Assembly: GCF_018350175.1 (NCBI RefSeq)
Contig: NC_058369.1
Span: forward strand, 23,252,001 to 23,316,000
Length of the DNA stretch: 64,000 nt
Direction: 5' to 3'
DNA from: Felis catus
Taxonomy: Eukaryota
The notes beneath the pieces were generated by a model. That model was given only the letters and a program-made list of their open reading frames with translations. It searched no databases and had not been told where the DNA came from. The translations under genes and the position numbers were made by a program. Shown here piece by piece: positions 37,328-51,290 of this stretch; positions within the stretch are counted from its first letter, which is position 1, and each line of letters starts with the position of its first letter.

Positions 37328-40300
37328 CAACGAAGGCTCATAAAAGTAACTTGCTCAAGGTGTCCAACATATTTATTGCAAATATGCAGATTGTGAGTGG
37401 CTGTGTTAAGTAAAATAATCAGGGAACTTACACTTTTATGTATTTAGTGCCTTGAGTTAATTTTCATACAGTCCATTTTTTCTGACAGTAAGCTACAAAT
37501 TTAATTATCTGGAAGCCCTACCTAACTCAGAAAATAAGAACAAAATCAAGGCTGTTACATGGTTTCTCTAGTGTAAAGGTGGGAAGGATACGTATACCTC
37601 TTCATTCTGTCTTGCCTTTTGATAAAGTAAAAATTCCTACATAGGGCTACCTAGGGTCATTCAGCACATATGAGTTTAAACTCTCTTTACCTGGCCTTGA
37701 CATATTTGATAAAATTGGTGGAGTAGTAGACATGAAATGTGTACCTTCAACCTCTCTAAAACTAAGGAAGACAACGGCCAAGTGTACGAGACTGCTTTCC
37801 AGTGTCCACTTGTCCACAGAACCCAGGTCTGAGCTAAGGTGCCATGGGAACTAGAAAAGACATAGCACATTGACCCTTGGCCTTCAAAGAACTTACCTGT
37901 TTGTGGGGTGCTATTGAGCAATCTTTATTTATTATATCAGAGTCAACGCTAATCATCTCATCACCTTGAATCTGTTACCCTTGAGAAGACTGCACATGAC
38001 TTTATTGGACCCTAACACCGTCCAGGTCTCCAGGAACCACATCTCAGAAGTCCTTTGGCTAGTAGCAGAGGCAGACCTAGATGGTGTTTTGGTTTAGTTT
38101 GGTTTGGCTTGATTTGGTTTTGGCCCATCAACTCTGCATTGCGAAGGTTAGAAGAAGATCAGACTTCACATTTCAGTGTCTTGCAAACCTCAGCCTTCCA
38201 GCACTCAGTTTGCCTGCATTTGGGACGTATGCGAAGATAAAGATGCATCTGAGATAAGTATGATTAAAGGTAATTAGTGAGCTCATGCGGCTGGTGGAAT
38301 AAACACAGACAGATGCTGGTTGATAGAAAGCTAACAAAGAAACAAAAAGACCAAGAAACATGGCAGCTTAGGAAGCTTGGCCAAAGCCTCGCACTGACAC
38401 ACTGTTTTACTTAGATCTTTTGATGGGCCGCTTTTGTCTCTGCCCCAGGAATATAAATTGGAATCAAATTTATGTTCATGTTAGATTGTTTACTCACGTT
38501 ATACACATAAAATGAGTGTTCTGTGCAGTTCTTCTTGGTGAATTTATATTTGCTTTTGTACTTCTATGATAACATGATAGTCCAGGTTCTGAAATAGATG
38601 GCAATGTGTTTTCATATTTTCAAGTTACAGTTTAGTGTGTGTACATTATGATACAATAATGAATCTGTGTTTTGCCTTTTTCTAAGATTCGCTCTATGTT
38701 AACTGTTGGATACCTGTTGCTTGGAAATGTTCTAGAAAACACAATTGTCTTAGGCAGGACTTACATCGTAACCTGCTAGTTCTAGATCTGGGACTGTTCA
38801 GAACTCCTTTTCCTTATTCCAGACTTCACCTGCCCCATTATTTCATTTTAGAACAGTGTCCCTATTAAAAGCATGGACTATGGAATGAAACCATCCAGGT
38901 TCAAAGGCTGCCTCCAACATTTACTGGCTCTGAAAACTTAAAGAAGTCATATAACCTCTCTGATCTTCAATTTCATCATCTGTACAAAGGAACCCAACTG
39001 GCAGGTTCGCAGGGAAGGTTAAATAATATTTTTATGTAAGAATGTGAGGAAAAAAAAGGCTTTCACATAGCAATAGACATTAACTATTATCTTCTCTATT
39101 ATTCTGTCTGTATGGCATGTACCAACTAGACACTCAGGCTGCAAGCACTTAACACTAATCTATTTGGAAGAAAAATGAGGAAGTTAAGGCAAAGGAGCAT
39201 TTTGTTTGTGTGACAGAGTTCACCATCTTCTTGGATTATGAAGCACACATATGTATGTATTATCTGACTAGAATCAGTTCAATCTAAATGAGTTTGTGCT
39301 GGACGTATCTCATTGTCCTCAATATAGCCCCACAGACAAAAGGAAGTTGGTTCTTGATGTCACGTGACCGCACCTTCAGGACGGACGTTCGTTTGCAAAA
39401 TAAAGGTCCTGTGTTGACATCCCTGCAGCTTCCAACCACATTTATAATGGGCAGGGCAACTCCCCATTCTGGTGCAGGAGTGATGTTCTTCTCCTTTCAC
39501 TTCATCCAAGAAGCCCACTTGGGCCACCTGCTATTTGCTTGTGCTGTTGCTTTTTCAGGGGTTTGTCCACTGATCTTTCCTCTAGCCAGCGCCCCTCCAC
39601 CCCGCCCTGTAGGAGGCCCCTTACCCCATCCCTGCATAATTAGAGAAAGCATGCAGTCAGCTCCCCAGAGCCTCTTAGCTTTCATCAGGAAGCAGGACTA
39701 TGGGAGTTTCGAGGTTGATAGGAGTGGAAACATTTGTGTTCAACAAGCAGGCTCCTTCATGTGTTGTCAACATTTCATTTGTGATTCTAATGAGGGCGGA
39801 GGAGAAAATAAACTCCGCATACCGCTCTCCACTGCTACAGCTGATGTTTGTAAGTTTCTAGCCATGGCCTTGAGTTGCGTCTATCAGGAAGGCATTTGGA
39901 AAAGCAGCTGTGTGCCACTGCTGAGTGTGAGTGAGAGCTAAGATGGTTAAATCGACTGAGGCAGTCCTGAGAATGGGAAGTGTACACGTTTACTTCTCAG
40001 AGACTGGAATTTCTATTCCTATTGGTGCTTTAAATGTCTCCAAAAGGTGAAAGCACTCTTACGTTAAAAGCAGGGTGTATTAGAGGTACTCTCATTCTTG
40101 ACCCCTGGCTCCTCTCATCTCTGAAAGTCTGACACCGATTTCGTGTCCAGCGTATCTGCTGAGTGCTCCTTACCTATTAAATTCTGCATTGAGGGATTTT
40201 CTAGGCCTGAAAATAAGACACAAGAAAATAAGTGGACCTGCAACCCAATGCCCCTCTGGTCCAGCGAGGAGACAGACATCCGTGACACAGCCACACAAAT

Positions 40301-43300
40301 ATCCGAGAAACCACAGCCCTGCAAAGGGCCGGGAAGAGGAGATACATGGTGCTGTCATAGAGCAGAGTCAGGGGATCTGATTGGGGATCGGGGGGCACCA
40401 CCCTTTGTATGTTATAACCCGGCTGCAATCTGTAGGGTGGAGAAGGGAGGGGACCAGGGCCGTTCTGGGTAAAGACGCGGCCTCAGGCCGACAGACCAGA
40501 GAGAAGGCCCAGAGCCTGAGGAGATCCTGGAAGCCAGTGTGGCCACAGCAGAGAGGGGGAGGGGAGGGCCTCCGGCGAACAAACGCTGGAGGAGGGGTGA
40601 AGAACTGGTGTTGAGCTCCTCGCCTCACCTTCCACTGGGTTTTTAATAAGACTGAAAAGCTGTGCCTCAGACACACGTGCCTCTGTGGGAACGCTGCTGC
40701 CCGGGGTCGGGGGCGAGATTAGGGCCCTGCACTACACACTGTGATGACTTGGGGAGGCGCTGTCCCCTCCCACGCAGGGGTCCTTTGACAGCTGTACCAC
40801 TTTACCGAAACTCCAAACTCGACAGACGCATCCCGCCGTCCTCAGAACGCTTCTTGGAGGAGTCTGAGAGGGCCTGGGTTTTGTAAGCATTACGAAATCT
40901 CAGTACAAGTTCATCAAATCCTGAGCCGTTACTTACAGTTTGGGATCGTGGCAAGTCTGTTCCACATGTGCCAGAGAGGCGGCAGAATGGAACTGCCATC
41001 CCCCACCCAGGTGCGTGAGTCCAGGGTGATCGAGGACGAGCCAGCCCTGCTGACACTCACAGGCTACATTTGGTGCAACAGAACTTTCTCTCCTGAGCTT
41101 CGTGTGTATGTCACTGTGGATGTAATACCCAACAGACCAGGGGTGGCAAATAAGTGCCACAGTTACCTGCTTTGTAGGCCCCAGTGGCCCCACCAGCAGC
41201 CCCATGGGGCCCAGCATCGCCCCAGGGTCAAAGGCGGACAGCAGCAGGCAGTGGGTGGCATCATGCTAACATAATCCTAGCTGCCGTTCCTGAGGTAGAG
41301 CCTTGCCCTCTGCAAACTTGGCTAATAAGTCTGGCACACAATGCCAAGGGCCACTTTGCTGAGGAGAACACTTAAAGTGTGTCCTAGGAAGCTACGGACC
41401 CAGCCCACTACCCCCAGACTTCTACATCCTGTGTAAACTTGCTGCTTTCTCCTTGTCCTTGTGAACATGGTAATTTTTCTACAGTGATAAAAATAAGTGT
41501 TTTATTATTTTTTTTTTAATGGCCTTGCAAAAACAGAAACACAATTTTAGGAAGTATTGGGAAGGAGTTAAGTTGTGGCCTGTGCATTTGCACAGGAAAA
41601 CGATGGTGTGCACTAGAAATGGGATTTCAGAAAAGTCGGGGGCCAGGGTGGCGGGGTGGCACAGGCCTTTTGTGTTCCTGCATTTGGACACGAGTAACCC
41701 CCGGGTAAAGCTCCCTGTGACTGCAGGGCGGGGGCGGGGGGTGGGTTGTGGGAGCGGCAGGCCAGCAGTGGTCTCATACAGGGTGTCTCATGAAACGCTC
41801 TAGCAGAGCATGCCCACAGGCTCAAGAAGACGATACCTGGTCCAGAGGAAGTCCATCAGAAAGAGTAACAAATGTGGACAGCAGTCTGGGATTAGCAGGA
41901 AGCTGACTCTGCCTCCCCATTTTGTCCTTCCGCTTCTGTCACGTGGGCGGTGACGGGCACTGTTACTTAGCAGCTTATTCTTTGGTTAGTTCTTTCTCTG
42001 TCTAGAAGTTGCTCGCTCTGACAGACATAGAAAGTCCCTAAAAAGAAAGAGTCTCCAACTCAGGGTGCTTACCTGGAGACGATCATGAGTTCCTCCACCA
42101 ATCCAGGAGTGGAACTGTGATCTTCTACATCTGACTGTGGAAAAACTCAAGTCTTAGGAGGGGTGAGTCACTTGCCAGAGATGAGTTTATGTGTTGTAGA
42201 GCTGGGACTTGAACCCCCAACATGCCCACTTTCAAAGCCTTTCAACTCCTGTGCCCTTTGATCTGGACTTATTTTTCCCAGACCCCTCCCTTCACCAGGG
42301 GACAAGCCAAGGAAAAGCCCTAAAAGAGACAGCCCATGCAAAACAGACTGGGTAGAAAGAATGCATCCACCCTGCCAGGGAAGATGGCCTCCCTTGTAGT
42401 TCCCCACTGCCCCATGCTTCTCAAGGCCGCTGAAAGAAAGGGCGAGCCTGCCGCCTCTCTGCCGTGACCATGGGTTGGGGAAAGCATTCTGGGGCAGAGG
42501 TGAGGAAAGCAGGCTACTTTGTGCATGGAGTTAGCACTAATCTGGTCCATCCCCAGAACACTGCTATCAGTCAGATCTCGGGCATATTCGTCATGGCTGC
42601 TCCCCTGTTCAGAAGCCGCCCCCACAGGCCCACCCTCTGTTCATCCTGGGCAGGAAGGGGAGAGTTTCCTTTGATCTGTAGACCGGTAGCAGGAGAAGCA
42701 TGGCAGTTCATGGACCCCCCTTGCCCCTCCACCCAGGCGAGTGTTTGGACAGCCATGCGAACAAAGCCCCTTGGCCATGCTTGCTTTAGAACAGCTAGAC
42801 TGAAGACAGAGCATGGAACAAAGTGGAAGGTGGAATAGCAGCCCCCTTCATACTGAGGACTTGTAGGTCACAGTGCAGAGGAGAGGATGCTGGGACTCAG
42901 ATAAACAGCTCAGAAAGAGGGCAGAAGACAGATGGGAGGGACCCAACCAACCCACTGGGCGGCTGGACTCCTGTGATCGGGAAGGAAACACACACTCACC
43001 ATGCTGGTTTCTGGTCTGTCTGAAACCGCATGCCCTGAATAAAAGGCATCAGCCTGGAAACAGATCAGCTAGCTTTGGAGATATATCCATAGTTTAAAAA
43101 GTAAGACAGGTAGCTCTTGGGAGACCGTAACTGTTTTCTACTTATCCTCCTTTAGAAAGCAAAGTTTTTGAGTCAAGTAATTCTGAGTAGGGAATGTATG
43201 TCTTTTAAAAATATATTCAGCTTCCCTATAGTATGGTATACTTTGATGTATTGAAATAGAGCTTGCCCCACTCAAATTACTGCCTCGGTGCCTAATGCTG

Positions 43301-45499
43301 TAAAATTAAACTATTCCTTGCTGATATTTTATTAAGCTTCACCAGCATTTCAGACTCAGACATCTCATGGAGCTTCGGGCCATATGTTTTATATGCTGTC
43401 AGGGTGAACTCTGACTTCGGTCCACAAAGCTCCCTTCCCCCATGTCTTTATATAGTACAGGATTTCCAAAAACTTTCATACAGGCCATTTCCAAATTGTG
43501 GACTGTTGGAAGTAAATGTCTCTGGTCATATGGGTGTCAATGTCTAAAAAGACAAGAAAAAAGAAAGAAGGGAAGAAAAATAAGTTGTATTATGAAAAGT
43601 TCTTGCTTCCTGGACATTATTTTTGCATTTCTTCTGTGCGTGATACTCTTATTTTTCTCACCATTGTGGGTGTGGGGGGCGGGGTGGGGGAGGATTCGGG
43701 GAGTGTAGAATGTTTCTGAAATCCATATGCAGAAAAGGGTATGCGTTCATACACAATGAGTTCACCTCTCTAGCAGGGAGCCAAAGGTACCTGTATGTTT
43801 GCATTTGGGGAAATAAATGGATATCGCCATAAATGGCGATCCTCTTAACAAGACTAACTTTGTCACTTAATAAGGGAGATTATTTCATAGATTTAAAACC
43901 AGTTAACACATTTAAAACTTGATAAGACAAGGCAATCCTGGTATGTTTCCTGTTCTCCAGTGATTAAAGCAAATCGAACGCTGGACCAGAAGAGGTTTTC
44001 CATGGTACAAGTAATGCTGTGAATGTTTCTCCTGGTAATGCAATTAGGAAATATTGGCCCCAGTTAATGAAACTTAAACAAAACATGTTGCCCTCGTCAA
44101 ACTTGTTCAAGTTGTTAAACAGGCAAAGCCTTGTCCAAAAAGTTAAAAAACAGGGGCATATAGTGTTTCCATGGAAACTCTGTTAAAATACTGATTTGTG
44201 GATATGATCATAATCAGCCCCATAATCTAATATGACTGAATTAAATGAAAAAGAATCTCAGTTATGAAGTAAGCCCCCTGTGTAAGAGTATTCTTACACA
44301 TGCAGAAAACATATGGATCCTGACGGACACTATTTTCAAACTACTTATTGGCACAGAGATGGAGCTTTAAGACTTGGGTTCTGTCTGTCTGTTTTTTCCC
44401 CCCTCCATTCATTGTTCATCGGTTTTATAATGCTGGGATTATGTGGGTGAGCAGTAAATAAAGTCTCGATGACATTTGGATTTTTCAATATGTATCATTG
44501 CTCCCCACACAACACCCCATATTGTTCTCATTGTCTTTTGTGACAAGAGAAGGTAGCCCATAATATTTAATGGTTTGTGGGACGTTACAAGATTAAGTTT
44601 TATTAAGGTCATAATTTCTTCCTGCTAATGGGATCTTGGTAGAATTCTAACTATGAGGTTTCCCATGGATGCCTTTGACCTCTTGAGGGAAGGACACAAA
44701 GGCGAGGCTGGGTCGAGCGTTCCCGGGACCCTGGGCAGGAGCTTCAGGGCCACGCACCAGTCTCCCCACCCCACACTTCCACAGCTCAGCTTGCACCTGC
44801 CTGGGCGGTGGTAAAAATGGAAACTGCTCACCATGGTATACACTTCAGCCTGGTGGGACAGCAAGGACAGCTAGCTGTCTGTCAGCAAACTTCTTGATTC
44901 ATTTGGAAACCATTCCACGCAAAAAAGAGCAGAGGTGCTCTTCATGGGCTCAGTTTCCTTCTCGCAAGAATATGTCCTCAGTCGTGTACGAACATCAGAT
45001 GGGGGTTACCGCATAGTTCTTAGCAAGAGTCTGGCAATTACTCACACCTTAGTCATGGCATCCCAGAGCATCTGTAGAAAGACTTGTGTGACGGGACAAT
45101 GATAGGTGAACGTGCCCCTGCCCAGATGCATCTATACATCTCCTGCCAGCATGGTCCCTGGATATGTGGTCCGTGGGTCCTAAGGTCACAGAGTGTCTGT
45201 GACTCACTTTCCAGACAGAGATATGCTACGTGGGGTCAGGCAAAGCTCAGAGATTGGACCCTGGCCCAAAGAGGGAGCAGGACTTGACTTCTCCCTGTCT
45301 TCTTCCATCCAGCTCCCAGAGCAGCTATGCCTTCCGGCTACACACGCCTTATTTGGGCACAGAGAGGAATACACTCAAGAGACAGAGGTTCAGGCCTGAG
45401 TCTGGCACCAGGAGCTTAAATCTGCTGGATTATTTACTCCCCTTAACACTTCACTTTCTAATCAACTTGGTTTTATATCCAAGTAATCTATGAACACAA

Positions 45500-46950
45500 A
45501 TTTTAAAAATTAAATAGTATTATAAAAGTTTGCAAAGAATAAAAGGAGGCCCCGACCCTCCACCACCCCCTACTCCCAGCCCCTAGTCCCGCTACCTAGA
45601 AGCAAAAGCTTCTGCCTCTCTTAGCATCTCTATTTCTCATTAGCAAGTTGAGATTGCTGGGTTTTATTGAATTTCAGACATTACTTATTTACTTCCTTTC
45701 ACACGTGGTACTTTGCACTTTTTACATCATCTCCTCTTGCCTTGTCCATAGTCCACAGCTGCATACCTATCTCATAGCTTTTTATCAATTAGATAGTGAT
45801 TATATCATGAGGACTACCTGTGTGTATCCCCTACTGGGATAAATAGTGTGCTACTGTGTGTTTCCTTTTTTACAGTATTTTTTCCCTGGATCAAAAAATC
45901 CCCATGTCCTTTTGTTTGCTTTGTTTTCCTTTTACCCATGTATTTTTTTTTTCCTCTTTGTATTTCATCAACCGTCTTAGGTGCCTGTTACTACTATTTG
46001 CTAACTATCCACCAGTATTTGGGGAGAATTTGTTCCTGGCACCCTCCACCATCCTGTTCCAACCCAGAGGGTCCTGTTCCAATCCAGCGGCTGGGCTCCT
46101 GTGATTTGTCCTCTCCACGTTCCTCTATTGTAGTCCTCTTTCTTTCTCCTAGACCCATGCCTTCCTTTCCCTTGACTGAACGCCTCCTTTTGCTCACAAA
46201 CATTCTCAGCTCATTTTCTAAGAAAGGGAGGTAAAATGTTTTCAGTCCTCGTAGCTCTGAAAATGCCTTAATTCTGCTCCTACACATAACAATCGTCTGG
46301 CTGGATGTAGAATTCCAGGGTGGGATCGTTTTCCCTCAGAATGGCCAAGGCATTGCTGTCTTTTCTTCTGCCTTCCAGTGTTAACCTGTTAAAAACTCCG
46401 ATGCCATTCTAATTCCAGACCTTTTGCTATGATCAGGCTTGCCCAGCCTTCATCCCAGAAGCTTTTAGAACGTACGTTTTGTCTCTAGTGTCCTGAGACT
46501 CCTTGATTCAGTTTCTCCTCCTCCTCATTTATTGTGCAGGACATGTTACAAGCGCTTTTGTATTAGAAATGCATACCCTTCAGCTCTAGGAAATCTTCCC
46601 ATGTTATTTTTCCAAGTCTTTTTGTTTTATTTCCTGAGAGATTTTCTCCTTCTAACTTGTTTCTACTCTTAAATTTATGTGTTTATTTTGATGCTTTTTT
46701 TTTTTTTTTTTCAAATTTCCAACAGTTCTTTTTTAGAGCAGCATGGTCTTTTTCCAAGGATACACTGTGGTCTTTGGTCTTTGATCTCTCTGAATATATT
46801 GGTTGTAGTTAAAGTTATTGTTTTTTTCTTGCTATCTGTGCTGCTAACTCTAAGTCATTTAATTTCTCTGACGGCTTTTTGTCTTTCTTTTTCATGGCGA
46901 AGGCCCTTCACACATAGGTGTGCCTTAGTTCTTATTTAAAAGTGAGGCTC
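45500..46950. mobile_element. Highly diverged old L1 (L1M/L1ME-like) remnants
   Basis: T-rich, with motifs such as tctggctggatgtagaattccagggtggg..ttttccctcagaa and gatgccattctaattcc. Boundaries and subfamily are uncertain. Confidence 0.5.
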
Positions 46951-49900
46951 TTAATATCTAAAGCTAAAATCCTATTGGAAAATTTCCCCACAAATGGGTT
47001 TTACTGTTGGGTGAATCAGTGGGATTCAGTGCAGGTTTTCATTTTTCCGGTTCAGCTCCTCACCCCTACATCATCTGGACACTAGCAGTTTTCAGGACCA
47101 TATAAGACCATACTAGTGACGTGTGAAATAGAACATGTATGTTGGTATCTACTAGCATTGTGCCCTCCAGCCTATCCGTGGCAGCGCATGGATTAAAACT
47201 GCTAGTGCATCTGGCTCTCTAGGTGTTACTCCACAGTCTTGGCCTTAAAAGTGACCAAGTGGGACCAGTTACCCATGCTCAGATGCCATCCTTTCTCTGG
47301 GCCCCTCTCTTCTGCACCCAGTTCAGGAGTATATCTCTCCATCTACAGAACATGGACAATGACATGGGTATATAGTGATAGAGAACAGAGGCCACTCCAT
47401 GCTCTTCCATTTATTAGCACCGTGACCTGGGGCAATTTATCTATCATTTCCAAACTTTGGTGCCATTAACTTGTAGCCCAGTCCAGTGGATCCCAAGCAT
47501 GTCCAGCTTAGCCACTCCCTCCTCCTCAAGTATAGTTGTGAAAAGCTTCCTTGTCACTTCTCCATCAGACATCTGTCTAGAGCCTCTCTTCCCTTTTCTC
47601 AAGATTTTAGGTGCCCTAGTGTGTTGTGAGGATGTGAGGAAGCAGATGAGGACCAGGGGAGGTTTGCAGCATGGAGAGAAGTTGCCCCTTAGCAGTCAGT
47701 GGGCAGTGCAGCAAGCTGGGGTGTCCGTGGGAGGTGGTCCTCCTTATTGGAATGGAGGAGCGGCCAGGCCCCATGTTCCAGCTCTTCCTCCTCCCAGAGG
47801 TCCCGCCCCACTCCCTTTCACCGGCTCTTTCCAAATAACAGGAGAATTTGTACCCTGCCTCATTATCACATTCCCTTGATTCTAAGTTGCCATGAATAGA
47901 AGTGGGAGCCTCTACACGAATAAAAAGCGATACACATTGATGAGCGTGTACTGAGAGTCTCTCACTTCTTCAGACTTCCACCTCGGGATCTCAGCCTCAA
48001 ATGTTCCTCCCTTTCACTTCCCTTTGCCTGTTATTGCCTACCCCCCACCCACTCCAGGCTGCAGACTGAAAGTCCTCTCTCCCATGACCCCCAGGACTTG
48101 GTGGGGCACCCCCTTTTATCCTCCTGTATCATTTCGCACGTGTCTTTCAAACCACCCACAGTGGTCACTGGTTGTGTGATAATCGTATAGCTTTGGAAGT
48201 TACTGTAAACCCTGAGAACACAAGGGCTGAACAAGTCATACCCTTCACTCTATTCCCCCAGCACAGGGGATGCTCAGTTGGTATTTATTGAAGGAAAAGA
48301 GGTACAGAAGGGGGAGAAGGTGTAAGGTAGAGGCGATGTGAGCTACCATTAACAGCAGGAAAGATGAAGCCTTTTACAAATAAGCTTTCCAGTGCATATG
48401 AAAAAGCTAAAGTCTGATCTAACAAAGAGGCAAAGCAGGTTCACCTGCCCTGATGCCTTTTCCAGAACACCAAGGACAGGGGCCACAAACTTTCATGGGA
48501 ACCCGCTCCAAACCTAGGGGGAGTAAGGGTTCTTCCCAATACTGGAAAAGCATGTTACTTTTTGCCTCTGCTCCACTGAATGAAAAAGGTCCAATTCTTT
48601 CCTAAATGTGAAACAAAGAGATAAAAGGTAAGAAATGCGACTTTGGAAGCAGGCGCAGTTTATGAAAAAAAAAGAAAAAAAAAGTCCCTGGGATCAGTTA
48701 GTCCCCAGTTGAGATTACTGTTAAGGCACGGAGCTCTGGTGTGAGTGATCTTTAGGTGTAATTGTAATACTCTGTTGATAAAAATAGCCAAGCGTTGCGA
48801 GAAATCCATCTGCCTGTGGCCATGGGGCATTTAAGATTACCTGGAGAGCCTTAGGCAGAGAATCAGCGGCTCTCTGCTGCTACTGGCTCTAAGCAGCATC
48901 AGTTCGAGGAGGATTTCACTGTTTTATTCCGGAAGCAGTTGGTGAAAGAGAAGTGAGGTAGTGTGACGGTTCCGAGGGGACTTCGTGGGTCTGATAGCCT
49001 GTTGCTCGGGAGAAGACAGTAAATTGCCAACTCTGGCTGGGAGAAGGGTCATGATTAACCCTTTCTGGAACCCCATAAGGAAAATGGTCTTCTTTTTAGG
49101 GAAATAGTATAAGCTAGCAATTACTGAGCTCTCACTGTGTGCCGGATGCCATGCTAGATCGAACTCTACATCACAGCTTTTATGACTGAGCCGAGAGAAG
49201 TTAGGTGCTGGATTCTAATCCTGAGCCCACCATTGCTCTGTGTTGCCTCTCAACTTTTCCACTGGACTAAGGAACAGAAAATGGGTGGAGTAATCTTCCA
49301 AGCAGTGCTAAGAAACAGAAAAACAATGGACACCAGAGACTCTAGCTAGGACTGGCTAGACAGGGAGGAAGGAAGGAGTCCCAGAGTCAGGCTGGGGATA
49401 CCAGTGCAGGATAGAGCTTTGCAGGAGTCGCTGGGGCATTTCCTCAAAGACCTGCAGGATGCCATTGTGTTTGTGGGAGAGCAGTATGGATCCAAGGCAT
49501 CCTGAGTGCTGGCTGGCCCCCCAGGGCACTTGGAGCCTGCTGACAACGTAGAGGTGGCAGACATTTAGCAGTGTGCACAAGGAGTCTCTCTGCTGGCTAT
49601 CCCCCTGAAAAAGGGACGTCTGACTCTATCAGCCAGGACGTGGTCCTGCGAACAAACACAAGCTAGTCGAGGTTTTGCAAGTATTAAGGGCTTGAATACA
49701 GGGAACCAGAAGCTTTCACAGTCACTGAAGGGTGAGGAGATGCGGGTCACGAAGCACTGATGCGGATGTTTCCCAAGAGCTCATGTTGTGAGCTGCCCAC
49801 GGCACATCTTGTCTGTGGCTGCCTCCAGGTCATCGTGGCCTCCGTCTCATTGCTGCCTCCCGCATCTAGCTCTGGCCCTCTCTTGGCAAACTCTCACCTG

Positions 49901-50699
49901 GAACCGAGCGTGGGGGACGTTCTGGGAAATGCAGTTCTAGCGTCTCTTCCTGGATGCAGGACAGGCCTCCCAAGGAGGAAGTGGTGATGTCCGGTTGAAG
50001 ATCACCCATCAGCTCCCTGGAACTTCCTGTGACATTGGTACACTGTCATCCAGTCTGCTGTCCCTGCTCCCACTTCTCCCTTGTCGTTTGGATGAGGGGG
50101 TGAGACAGGGAAACTTTTTACCTGGTAAAGTTTCAGAACGGTGTGAGGTGACGGGCCATTTCAGGCGACTCAGTGTCTCATTGTCCCACCCTGCCTCAGG
50201 AAAAACTGCAAGATTCTTGATAAATTGTCAGTGGGAAGAAATGAAAATACTCCCCCCAAATTGGCAATGAGGCCCTTCATGGAGACACATGTGTTTGCCT
50301 TCTTCATCGCCCACAGTGTGGTTACTAAGAGCCGTTAAGGGGCCCACGTGTGTCCACCCGGTCTGGGAAAAGGTACCACGTCTCCCGCAAGGAATCTGTC
50401 ATGAGCACCATTGTGGTCATGCCGACCTGGCTGCGCTGAATGGTGGCCGTGGTTGCCTGGGGAGCTGCATGGGTTGCCTTGTGAGCATCCTTAGGAAGGA
50501 GTTAGCAGGATTCATTAGTGATGCCTGACATGAAATCAGGAAGGACAACAGGATGATACAGGTTTGCTCTCACACCAGTGCTGCTGTCAGCTGTGGTAGT
50601 TGACAGTCTGTGTGGAAGTGCTCATGGGATAGATCTCTGTACCTAAAGATTGGTTGCCCACCTCCTATCAGAAGGAGCCACCAACCTGGACTACAGCTG

Positions 50700-51290
50700 C
50701 ATTCGTCAGGATGCCATCCATGGCAAGCAAAACAAAAAACAAAACTCAAGGCAGCTTAAGCAAAATCAGTTAGTTAAAGGAAGTTAATTATTTGGTTGGT
50801 TGGGATAGGTGGAAATTCATGGGCTCGTAACTAAAATGTCTAGAGCTATGTGTGGCTTCAGGTGCAGTTGGATCTAGGGCTCAGTTGAACTCACCAGGGT
50901 TCTCAGTCTCTCGTTTCCCTTGTCTTTGTGTCAGCCCTGTTCTCAAGCAGACCCTCCTCACATGGTGCCCCTAACACTCTCATTCGCCCCGCTTGGCAAA
51001 CTCAATGGAAAGAAGCCTCCTTTTTCCTGAAAGTGTCCTTTCAAAGTCCTGGGGAGCTGGCTGTCATTGACAAAGCTTGGATCGGGGCCCACCTGACTAT
51101 GGAAGAGGAGGGGAGGATGCGTTCCTGTGCTCGTGCACTAGGGGGCACACCCTACACAAATCCCATGGACTGACACTGGAGGCAGGACAGCTCCCTAAAG
51201 AAAATGGTGTGGGTGTGGGGGGAGGGGAGGGTTCTGCCAGCCATCAGAGGGGACGTGGATGCTCAGCTGACAAAAGCAACAGCTGTTATT
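50700..51290. mobile_element. MLT1-family LTR remnant
   Basis: gcaagcaaaac..aactcaa..gcttaagcaaaa...ggcttcaggtgcagttggatctagggctca. Confidence 0.6.

Noticed and set aside
39288..39941. Longest unexplained ORF (217 aa, +)
   Set aside because: No recognisable domain, no similarity to the expected next CACNA2D3 exon, and a composition typical of random intronic frames. It would need PhyloCSF or Ribo-seq support.
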